Virus record (IMG/VR): IMGVR_UViG_3300037483_000177
Coordinates: 1 to 36,053 of that record
Length of the DNA stretch: 36,053 bases
From: a virus
Lineage: Duplodnaviria > Caudoviricetes
Reading direction: 5' to 3' (one strand)
In this document: positions 8,151 to 15,357 of the stretch, piece by piece
How the letters are laid out: every line of letters starts with the position of its first letter
Numbering within the stretch: position 1 is the first letter of the stretch
The notes under the pieces: generated by a model
The model's database searches: none
What the model saw: the letters and a program-made list of their open reading frames with translations, nothing else
What the model was told of the DNA's origin: nothing
Program-made: the position numbers and the translations under genes

Positions 8151-8243
8151 GTCCGAGTCTCCAAACTTCGACATTCCCTCAGGGAAACAACCCTCTCAGA
8201 CTTGCCCCGGCGTGGCTTCATAACCCAGCGCCGGGGTATTTTT
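8151..8243 (+). ncRNA. candidate ~90-nt small RNA
   Basis: Lies between a consensus promoter and an intrinsic terminator (CCCCGGCG...CGCCGGGG-TATTTTT, 8205-8243); internal hairpins, one with a TCTCC loop. Confidence 0.5.
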
Positions 8244-8281
8244 ATGCGCCCCCAGCGTGCCGTCCGCCCCTCAGTGGCAAC

Positions 8282-8310
8282 AAAAAGCCCCCGGCTCGCT
8301 AGACCGGGGG
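8282..8310 (-). terminator. intrinsic terminator of the leftward cassette
   Basis: Minus strand CCCCCGGTCTAGCGAGCCGGGGGCTTTTT, just after the 8336 stop. Confidence 0.75.
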
Positions 8311-8335
8311 AGTTTGAGAGGATTCGTATGTCGGG

Positions 8336-9019
8336 TTATGCAGCCTCGGTATCGTCCGGCAACGCCACACCATGGGGTACGTGTACCCAGTCAAGGGCGC
8401 CCTCAATATTGACGCGCATGGGCATAAGGATTCCGAAGATATCGGCGCGGCCCCCGAATCGGACAAGGTGCGCGTCACGCGCCCCGCCTTCGGGTTGCGC
8501 GTAAACCTGATATCCTGGGATACCCAGCGCCTTGGCGGATTTACCGATATCGCCCACGGCGGCGTGACCGAATGCAGCAACAACGGGCTCGGAGGCCGTC
8601 AACATGCTGGGATGGCAGATTCTGCGCCAATCTGGGAATGTTCCGTCAATCGGCTTGACAAGATGTTCGGTCATGTTTTTGCCCGCAATTCGGGCGATAT
8701 CGTTTACCCAGGTAAACAGATCGGCGGGGCGTAGCTTCGCGGCCAGTGCGCCAAGGGGCAGGATGAGGCCGCCCTTGGGGGCGATTCCTTCGGGGTCGTG
8801 TGCTACGAGCATGATATGCCCGTTTGCTGCTACCGCAATGGCGCCGCCCTGGGGTACTGGCTCGAAATAGATGCCGCCAAGGTAAAACCGGGTTGCTTCC
8901 GTTGAAATAGCCGGGCAAACGCCCGCGAGTAGGGTTGCGTTGAAGGCTACGCGTTGATCGAGGATGTTGATATTCTCGGGCGCACTGGATTCGGTCGTGT
9001 TCGATTCGTTGTTTTCCAT
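8336..9019 (-). CDS. DNA polymerase III beta-clamp (DnaN)-like protein, shortened
   Basis: AISTEATRFYLGGIYFE, AVAANGH, IDGTFPDWRRI and GILMPMR match the DnaN middle/C-terminal signatures. Confidence 0.78.
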   Translation of the reverse strand: MENNESNTTESSAPENINILDQRVAFNATLLAGVCPAISTEATRFYLGGIYFEPVPQGGAIAVAANGHIMLVAHDPEGIAPKGGLILPLGALAAKLRPADLFTWVNDIARIAGKNMTEHLVKPIDGTFPDWRRICHPSMLTASEPVVAAFGHAAVGDIGKSAKALGIPGYQVYAQPEGGARDAHLVRFGGRADIFGILMPMRVNIEGALDWVHVPHGVALPDDTEAA

Positions 9020-9128
9020 GATGATTCTCTCTCTCGTTTTCGTTAATCGGTTATGACGAGGGCAAACCACACGATTGCCCAGGCCGCGACATAGAGCGCC
9101 GCCGTGTTTAGGATGCGTAGGGCGCGGT

Positions 9129-9317
9129 TCATGATGCCACCTGCGCCCGGAGAGCCAAGTAATCAGCGCGCGGCGGATTGATGCACGGCCAAGGATCGCC
9201 CAAATCGAGCCATGAATCGTTGTGTTTAACCCATGCCCATGTGTACATCGTGCATTGACCGTATTTTCTGCGCTTAAATGCGAATTCCAATCCGTTATAA
9301 ATCTTTGATACTTTCAT
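9129..9317 (-). CDS. hypothetical protein
   Basis: 62 aa, GAGGAG RBS. Confidence 0.65.
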   Translation of the reverse strand: MKVSKIYNGLEFAFKRRKYGQCTMYTWAWVKHNDSWLDLGDPWPCINPPRADYLALRAQVAS

Positions 9318-9382
9318 AATCTCGACTCCTCTAAGTTAACTCTCACTATTCCCCAGCGCCTCACACTGGGGAAGGGCGAAGG

Positions 9383-10246
9383 TTAAACAGAAAGCCCGGC
9401 AAGTTCTAAAGCACGCCTTTGGATTGATAGGGGAATTAAGTGACATCCGGCTTTAATCGCCCCATCTTGTGTGATGGCGTCTAAACGCCAGTTGTCGATT
9501 TTATGCACCTTAGAAGGGGTAAATGCTCTCTCACGCCTAGCACATTGTTTTGCAAGGCGGTAGATGGCAAGAGTGCGGATTGAAAGCGCGACCTTGACAC
9601 CATATGACGTTTCAATAATTTCATCCTTAATCCGAATATAAGGGATGCGAGTATGAGGCGCATGGTCCTTTCGCCCTTCTTGCCAGTCTTTTATCGCTTC
9701 TTTTTCTTTTGCATCTTGCAAACGCTTTTGCTCACGCTCTTTTGTGGCAATTGCTTCTAATTGAGCCTTAATATCGTTTGATTGAGGGATGGCGCGGAAA
9801 CCAAGTTTAAAGGCTTTAGAATAGGCGTTTGCTTGCTCCCGCGTTATTTCAGAGTCATTCATGTGCATACTAGCGTAGGTGCGCGCCCTAGAGGCTTTTG
9901 ATAAGCTTTCGTTTATGCTTTCCAGCATGGCGCTATAGTTCTCTTTGTGAATTGCTTTTTGTGTTGTGGCGCTAGAGAACTCTAGCACGTTGTCCACCAT
10001 ATGCACAGTAACACCATCAGGGATCGCGCGGCGCACATATGTTTTGTGCTTTGCCGTTGATACGCTGTAACCCCTTGTAGTGACCAAGATGCAGGGCTTG
10101 CCGTGCGCGTCTACAGCATGGCGTGCTATGGGGGAAGTGTAACCATAACTGTAAATTGTGTCGCCTTCATAGAAGACATTAAAGCCCTTGGTGCATTTTC
10201 CTGTCTTGTGCGCCCAATTGTGCGCGACTGCATTGTGGTTTGACAT
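9383..10246 (-). CDS. conserved-looking hypothetical phage protein
   Basis: Start MSNHNAVAHNWAH after GAGAGAG; TIYSYG...PIA...YSVSTAKH motif. Confidence 0.75.
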   Translation of the reverse strand: MSNHNAVAHNWAHKTGKCTKGFNVFYEGDTIYSYGYTSPIARHAVDAHGKPCILVTTRGYSVSTAKHKTYVRRAIPDGVTVHMVDNVLEFSSATTQKAIHKENYSAMLESINESLSKASRARTYASMHMNDSEITREQANAYSKAFKLGFRAIPQSNDIKAQLEAIATKEREQKRLQDAKEKEAIKDWQEGRKDHAPHTRIPYIRIKDEIIETSYGVKVALSIRTLAIYRLAKQCARRERAFTPSKVHKIDNWRLDAITQDGAIKAGCHLIPLSIQRRALELAGLSV

Positions 10247-10313
10247 AATCTTAATACTCTCTCTTGGCGCTTGAGCGCGCCTTTCAGTTTCCATACATAC
10301 ATATATATATGTA

Positions 10314-10477
10314 ATGGTGCATGATGTAAACCATGTACGTATTCCTAACAACGCCACGAACAGAGGCGGATAATCCTAACCGTGCCATAGCACGCGGTCC
10401 TAACCGCATAACTATCATCCTAGCGTGATTGCACGCTCTCTGGTCAACGTGACGTGCAATGGTGCGCGTTATCAACC
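10314..10477 (-). promoter_or_regulatory. GGTT[G/T]A-N7-CACCAT motif, copies 3 (10314-10332) and 4 (10459-10477)
   Basis: Minus strand GGTTTACATCATGCACCAT and GGTTGATAACGCGCACCAT upstream of the leftward cassette. Confidence 0.55.
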
Positions 10478-10782
10478 ACGCGCTCAACGACAAATCGTGA
10501 ACATTAACGAACTAAACGGGAACACCGTGCCAGAGCGCTGGGATGCAGTGAGGTGAGGTGAGGTGCACCGTACTAGCACACCGCGCACCCGGCGCTCGAT
10601 ACCAGCCCATGCCAGCACACCCATGCCAGCCAGGCCATGCCACACCATCGACATATAGATATGATCGCACGCCCTACCGCGCGCGCAATCCATCCCTACC
10701 GCCCACACATACAGGGGGGTGGGGGGGTACTCTTTATTCACCCGGCGCAGGCACCCCCACCTTGGGGGGACCGCCCCCCCGG
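10343..10782. repeat. non-coding region with short repeats and G/C tracts (candidate genome end / packaging region)
   Basis: TCCTA[A/G]C x4 (10343, 10374, 10398, 10418), GTGAG x3, CCATGCCA x3, and poly-G/poly-C tracts at 10713-10780. Confidence 0.5.
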
Positions 10783-10867
10783 TCATCGTATAGGAGTACC
10801 TACCCTCTCCCGCGTAGCGCCTAAAAACCCGAACCGGTATAAAATCGGTATTCATAGTGAATATGTG

Positions 10868-10895
10868 TTGACAGCACCTGGAGCGGTGATAGTGT
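10868..10895 (+). promoter_or_regulatory. rightward promoter candidate
   Basis: TTGACA-N16-TAGTGT upstream of the GGAGG RBS of 10919. Confidence 0.45.
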
Positions 10896-10918
10896 TGGGG
10901 GAACGGGAGGATACCGAG

Positions 10919-11140
10919 ATGAACCCTGAACGCCCACTGCGGCTGCCACGCGAGGAGAAGGATGGGGTCTCCGGTGGCATCTATCGGTACATCTACCCCT
11001 ATGGATCGAAAAGCGTTCCGACATCGAACGGCGTTCCGAGGGATGGCGTCATGATTGAGAATTTAGATGGCGGCGTCACGGTTTGGAGTGGTGGTTTTGG
11101 GTGGCGCAAGAAGTGGTGGGAAATTGGGAGGACGATATGA
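10919..11140 (+). CDS. hypothetical protein
   Basis: GGAGG RBS, MNPERP..., ATGA-coupled to DUF4326. Confidence 0.55.
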   Translation: MNPERPLRLPREEKDGVSGGIYRYIYPYGSKSVPTSNGVPRDGVMIENLDGGVTVWSGGFGWRKKWWEIGRTI

Positions 11141-11415
11141 GTGACACGACGAAGGCCCCGCAGCGGATACAGCGGAAGCGAACGAAGGGCTGGCGGATGC
11201 CGGATGGTGCTGTTTATGTAGGTCGCGGCAGCCGATGGGGAAATCCGTACGTGATGCGTGATGAGACAGACCGTGCTGCTGCGGTTGCTTGGTTTAAGAC
11301 GCATGTTGCGCCTACGCTGGACGTTACGGCGCTGCGTGGCAAGGATTTGGCCTGCTGGTGCCCGGTGGGTCAGGCGTGTCACGGGGATGTTTTGCTGGAG
11401 ATGGCGAATGAGTGA
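11137..11415 (+). CDS. DUF4326 family protein
   Basis: RIQRKRTKGWRMP..AVYVGR.SRWGNP...LRGKDLACWC....CHGDVLLEMAN. Confidence 0.88.
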   Translation: MSDTTKAPQRIQRKRTKGWRMPDGAVYVGRGSRWGNPYVMRDETDRAAAVAWFKTHVAPTLDVTALRGKDLACWCPVGQACHGDVLLEMANE

Positions 11416-11725
11416 GCAGGCTGAAATCGAGGCTGTAGCGCGGGCGATATTAAAGGCCCGGTTCTACGACTGCGAGCCAGGGATGTATGGTTCTCTGGAG
11501 GATTTTTATAATCAGGTTGACACCGAGCACGTCTGGATCGCCCGTCAGGAAGCGGCTGCCGTATTCTCTGCGCTGGAGGCACGCGGCCTCGCGGTGGTGC
11601 CGGCTGATGCGACGGCTGAGATAATCGATGCTGGCCGTCTGGCGTCGGAGTGTGACCCGATTCTGGGTTGGGCAGGGCTGTATGCCGCGATGGTGCGGGC
11701 AGGGCGTGTCGGGGGTTCCCGGTGA
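11408..11725 (+). CDS. hypothetical phage protein
   Basis: MSEQAEIEAVARAI..., GGAG RBS, coupled on both sides. Confidence 0.7.
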   Translation: MSEQAEIEAVARAILKARFYDCEPGMYGSLEDFYNQVDTEHVWIARQEAAAVFSALEARGLAVVPADATAEIIDAGRLASECDPILGWAGLYAAMVRAGRVGGSR

Positions 11726-12684
11726 CACTGAAAGTCCTCGATTTATTTTCTGGGATCGGCGGTTTCTCGCTTGGCCTTGAACGCACCAACGGATTTGAGA
11801 CGGTTGCGTTTTGCGAAATCGAACCATTCCCGCGTAAGGTGCTGGCAAAGCACTGGCAGGGTGTTCCAATTTATGAAGATGTGAGGTTATTGGATGGTGA
11901 CGAATTGCAGGCCCGACACGGACGAATTGACGTTATTTGCGGGGGCTACCCATGCCAGCCATTTAGTACCGCCGGGAAGCGAAAAGGCAAGGATGATGAC
12001 CGCCACCTCTGGCCGGAAGTTAATCGGCTCCTGGTTGCCATCAGGCCGACTTGGGCTATTTTCGAGAATGTTGCTGGGCACGTCAGCATGGGGCTCGACG
12101 AAGTGTTGGCTGACTTGGAAAACGCGGGCTACTCCTGGTGGGCGGGTGTTATACCAGCTTGCGCCGTCGATGCCCCGCACAGACGGGGCCGAGTATGGAT
12201 TGTGGCAAACTCCGGTGGCGGACGATGCGGTGGATCGGGCCAAGGGGAAGTACAACAGCCGTGGGGAGCCGAAGCTGAGCGCCCAGGTGAAGTTGTTTCC
12301 GACGATGACGGTATCGACTGGAGCGCAGACCAAGGAAAACCCGACGCCGGGACAGACCGGAGGAACATCGCTGCTGGGGTACGTGAGGATGTTTCCGACG
12401 CCATGCGCGCGGGATTATCGAAACGGAATGTCGCAAGAGGCACTGGAGCGTCGTCAGAAGGAATCCTCGCGGGGAGTGAACCTGAGCGAACATCTCCAGA
12501 GGACGGATGGCGGGAATGGCCAGTTGAACCCGGCATTTGTCGAGTGGCTTATGGGGTACCCCGAAGGGTGGACCGACTTAGAGGGCTAGGCAACGCGGTG
12601 GTTCCGAAGATACCGGAAATGATAGGCTGGTTTATCTTGGCCGCTGAACGTGCCCGGATTGACGCCGCGCGCGCCCAGGTATAG
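11722..12684 (+). CDS. DNA (cytosine-5)-methyltransferase, large (alpha) subunit
   Basis: Motif I DLFSGIGG, IV GGYPCQ, VI ENV, VIII PHRRGRVWIVA, X RLRGLGNAVVP. Confidence 0.92.
   Translation: MTLKVLDLFSGIGGFSLGLERTNGFETVAFCEIEPFPRKVLAKHWQGVPIYEDVRLLDGDELQARHGRIDVICGGYPCQPFSTAGKRKGKDDDRHLWPEVNRLLVAIRPTWAIFENVAGHVSMGLDEVLADLENAGYSWWAGVIPACAVDAPHRRGRVWIVANSGGGRCGGSGQGEVQQPWGAEAERPGEVVSDDDGIDWSADQGKPDAGTDRRNIAAGVREDVSDAMRAGLSKRNVARGTGASSEGILAGSEPERTSPEDGWREWPVEPGICRVAYGVPRRVDRLRGLGNAVVPKIPEMIGWFILAAERARIDAARAQV
11894..12589 (+). CDS. overprinted C5-MTase small (beta) subunit with TRD-like repeats and motif IX
   Basis: Alternative-frame ORF nested in the MTase; WQTP/FPT/FPTP repeats and LNPAFVEWLMGYPEGWT; exact start uncertain. 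Confidence 0.75.
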   Translation: MVTNCRPDTDELTLFAGATHASHLVPPGSEKARMMTATSGRKLIGSWLPSGRLGLFSRMLLGTSAWGSTKCWLTWKTRATPGGRVLYQLAPSMPRTDGAEYGLWQTPVADDAVDRAKGKYNSRGEPKLSAQVKLFPTMTVSTGAQTKENPTPGQTGGTSLLGYVRMFPTPCARDYRNGMSQEALERRQKESSRGVNLSEHLQRTDGGNGQLNPAFVEWLMGYPEGWTDLEG

Positions 12685-12705
12685 GTTATTTTGGTGGAGG
12701 TAGAG

Positions 12706-13095
12706 ATGTGTGATTTGATTGCACGGAGGGTTAGCGACGGTAAGTTTTTTGAGCGGTTCTATGCCGGGAGTCCGGTGTGGACTTCTGATAGGCACGCCGC
12801 CAAGATTGTGGATGAGGTCATAGATAGTCTGATTATCAAGGTGATTGAGTGCGTTTATGACATAGAACTCGTTGACACGGATTTTGATGATAACGGGTTT
12901 GTTGGCGGCGCTGCCCCGCTCTGCGTGTTTTGTGGCGCCAAATGGACGAACGAAATGATTGATGTTTATGATATCGACGCATCTCATGGACCGGGAAGCT
13001 ATGATTTTGGCCCCGAAGATCAGCACGCGACGTTAGACATCACCTGCGGTTCGTGTGGCCGATTGATTTACCGCAAGGAACATCGGGCCGACTGA
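12706..13095 (+). CDS. hypothetical protein with CxxC...CxxC
   Basis: GGAGG RBS; CVFC and CGSC; stop overlaps the terL start. Confidence 0.65.
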   Translation: MCDLIARRVSDGKFFERFYAGSPVWTSDRHAAKIVDEVIDSLIIKVIECVYDIELVDTDFDDNGFVGGAAPLCVFCGAKWTNEMIDVYDIDASHGPGSYDFGPEDQHATLDITCGSCGRLIYRKEHRAD

Positions 13096-14606
13096 TGACG
13101 AAGAAACCGACTCCCAAGAAACCGGCACGACCCCAGCGCGCTGCTGACCCGCAGGCGGTACAGGCGCAGCAGATCGAGATATTTAGGCGCTGGTATCTTG
13201 ATCCATCGGATATGTGCCGTGATCTGTGGCAGACCGAACCGGATGCGTGGCAGATGGAGGTTTTCCGGGTATTTCGGACCTCTCCGAGGATTGCCATGGC
13301 GGCATGTGCTGGGCCGGGTAAAAGCTGGACACTCGCCGTTCTGTGCTGGAACTTCCTGCTGACGCGCCCGAATTGCTGGATCGGTGTGACCTCAATTACG
13401 AAGGACAACCTTGCATCTGGGCTGTGGACGGAACTTGCTCGTCTCTACGAGAAGTCCGAGTTATTGAAGAAGCTGTTCGACATGACGAAGACGTATATCG
13501 CGTATCGTCAGTCCCCGGCGACGTGGAAGCTGGAGGCCCGGACTTGGGCGAAGGATGCTGATCCAACAGCGATTGGTAGTGCCCTGCGCGGCCCGCATAC
13601 GGATTACATCATGTGGGTGCTGGATGAAACCGGTGACTACCCGAACTCGGTGCTGCCGGTGTGCGAAAACATCTTCGCGTCGTCTCCAAAAGAGGCCCAT
13701 ATCGTGATGGCGGGGAACCCGCTGAAACTTGATGGGCCGCTGTATCGGGCCTGTACGGTGGCCAAGGATTTGTGGCATGTCGCCAGGATCACGGCTGACC
13801 CAGATGACCCGTTGCGGACGCCGCGTATCCCGGTGGAATATGCCAGACAACAGATCGAGCAGTATGGCCGCGACGATCCGTATGTCATGGTGAACATCTT
13901 GGGCCAGTTCCCGTCGCAGAATTTCAACTCCCTGATCTCGATGGATGAAGTCAGGGCCTCGATGAACCGGATGTACCGGGAATTTGAGTTGGTGAATACG
14001 GCGCGGATTCTGGGCGTTGATGTGGCCCGCGATGGGTTGGATTTCTCGATTATCTCGCGGCGTCGCGGCCTCCAGATGTACCCGATGTCGAAGTATCGTA
14101 ATATCGATAGCATCCAAGGTGCCTCACTGGTGGCGCGGGAATGGACGGAATTCAAGGCCGATGCGACGTTCGTGGATAGTACGGGCGGGTTCGGTGCGGG
14201 CTGGATCGACCAGTTGAAGGTGCTGGGTCATGCCCCGGTGGGGATACACTTCAACGAAACCGCGTTGAAAACGGAACGGTACGTCAATAAGCGCACCGAG
14301 ATGATGTTCGAGATGGTGGACTGGATTAAGCGCGGCGGTGCCATCCCGAACGATGATCGTTTGGCCGCGGCGCTGACGCAGACCACATATATTTTCCGTA
14401 AGGACCGGGTGCTAATCGAACCGAAGGATAATGTCAAACGTAAGATCGGGTACAGCCCCGACGAGATGGATGCTGCGATTCTGACGTTTGCGGCCCCGGT
14501 GGCGCCAAAGACGGATAAGGTCCGCAGGTATGGGAACAAGGCCGTCTCCGATGACTACAACCCGTTTCGGGAAATGGAGACACCAACAGGGAATGGAGGG
14601 TGGTGA
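13095..14606 (+). CDS. terL: terminase large subunit
   Basis: Walker A-like AGPGKS, Walker B WVLDE, GNP coupling motif, nuclease GVDVARDG.D and SPDEMDA. Confidence 0.93.
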   Translation: MTKKPTPKKPARPQRAADPQAVQAQQIEIFRRWYLDPSDMCRDLWQTEPDAWQMEVFRVFRTSPRIAMAACAGPGKSWTLAVLCWNFLLTRPNCWIGVTSITKDNLASGLWTELARLYEKSELLKKLFDMTKTYIAYRQSPATWKLEARTWAKDADPTAIGSALRGPHTDYIMWVLDETGDYPNSVLPVCENIFASSPKEAHIVMAGNPLKLDGPLYRACTVAKDLWHVARITADPDDPLRTPRIPVEYARQQIEQYGRDDPYVMVNILGQFPSQNFNSLISMDEVRASMNRMYREFELVNTARILGVDVARDGLDFSIISRRRGLQMYPMSKYRNIDSIQGASLVAREWTEFKADATFVDSTGGFGAGWIDQLKVLGHAPVGIHFNETALKTERYVNKRTEMMFEMVDWIKRGGAIPNDDRLAAALTQTTYIFRKDRVLIEPKDNVKRKIGYSPDEMDAAILTFAAPVAPKTDKVRRYGNKAVSDDYNPFREMETPTGNGGW

Positions 14607-14959
14607 TGACGGTCAGGGTGAAGTTACCGAACCGCCGCCGACAGATCAGCCAGACCGCCGAATGGGGTGGTGCGGCATGGATCGTCTCGGTCGGGTTCGA
14701 TGATGCCGCCAGGGCACGCGAGATATTTGTGCGGGGTCTGAAAATCGGTTCCGCGATGGATAGCCTCATGGACGATGCCTGCGTCATGCTGTCGTTGCTG
14801 CTGCAATCCGGGTATGGGGTTGGGGATGTGATGGAGCGGCTGGGCCGCGAGGGACACGACGGCGAAGAAGGCTACGCCTCGGCGCTTGGGTACTTGGCGT
14901 CGGTTGCGTTGGGGATGGAGACTGAGGTTAGGGCGGCGACGGCGTGCGCGGCGGAGTAA
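14606..14959 (+). CDS. stand-alone TSCPD-domain protein (class II RNR C-terminal-like)
   Basis: RVKLPNRR...VGF.....EIF....K.GS.MD....DA...LSLLLQ.G. Confidence 0.75.
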   Translation: MTVRVKLPNRRRQISQTAEWGGAAWIVSVGFDDAARAREIFVRGLKIGSAMDSLMDDACVMLSLLLQSGYGVGDVMERLGREGHDGEEGYASALGYLASVALGMETEVRAATACAAE

Positions 14960-14972
14960 CGACGCGAGGTTC

Positions 14973-15046
14973 GCGGGTGTAGCTCAACGGTAGAGCAGCA
15001 GCCTTCCAAGCTGACGACGGGGGTTCGATTCCCCTCACCCGCTCCA
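14973..15046 (+). tRNA. tRNA-Gly (anticodon TCC)
   Basis: Acceptor GCGGGTG/CACCCGC, D arm GCTC/GAGC, anticodon loop CTTCCAA, GGTTCGATTCC T arm, encoded CCA. Confidence 0.95.
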
Positions 15047-15055
15047 TTCACAGGC

Positions 15056-15084
15056 TTGACACGCCAACGGGTTGGGGGCATGTT
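15056..15084 (+). promoter_or_regulatory. candidate promoter of the portal operon
   Basis: TTGACA-N17-CATGTT. Confidence 0.4.
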
Positions 15085-15117
15085 TATAGGACTGTTTTCC
15101 AAACGGAGTAATAATTC

Positions 15118-15357
15118 ATGGGATTTATGGCACCCAGTACCCCTGCGGCACCGCCACCGCCACCTCCGCCTCCTTTGCCGCCAGCGAATCCTCCGATCAT
15201 GGCGTCTGGCCTCGTTAAACAGGCGGGTTCGGCACAGCAACGCGCGGCTCAGGCTGCGGCGGCTGGTTCCTATTCGGATACCCTGAAATCGAAATCTGGT
15301 GGTATGGGCAAGGACTTCCAGACCGCCGGGAAATCTCTCCTGAGCGGTGAGAAGTAA
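15118..15357 (+). CDS. small Pro-rich virion-associated protein preceding portal
   Basis: MGF...PPPP...KSLLSG; position equivalent to the small pre-portal genes of T7/BPP-1-like phages. Confidence 0.75.
   Translation: MGFMAPSTPAAPPPPPPPPLPPANPPIMASGLVKQAGSAQQRAAQAAAAGSYSDTLKSKSGGMGKDFQTAGKSLLSGEK

Noticed and set aside
8148-8504. 118-aa ORF after the consensus promoter
   Set aside because: Crosses two terminators and overlaps the beta-clamp-like gene antisense; an sRNA is more parsimonious, though a leaderless peptide is not excluded.
10484-10855. ORFs in the repeat-rich tract (10484-10855 minus, 10558-10824 plus, 5' part of 10637-11140)
   Set aside because: Low-complexity translations with no good RBS; the region is better explained as non-coding.
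11722-12684. Restriction-modification system
   Set aside because: No endonuclease-like neighbour is recognisable; it fits an orphan phage methylase.
14973-15046. tRNA as prophage attachment site
   Set aside because: Phage genes continue on both sides; no integrase or duplicated tRNA 3' end was seen in the window.
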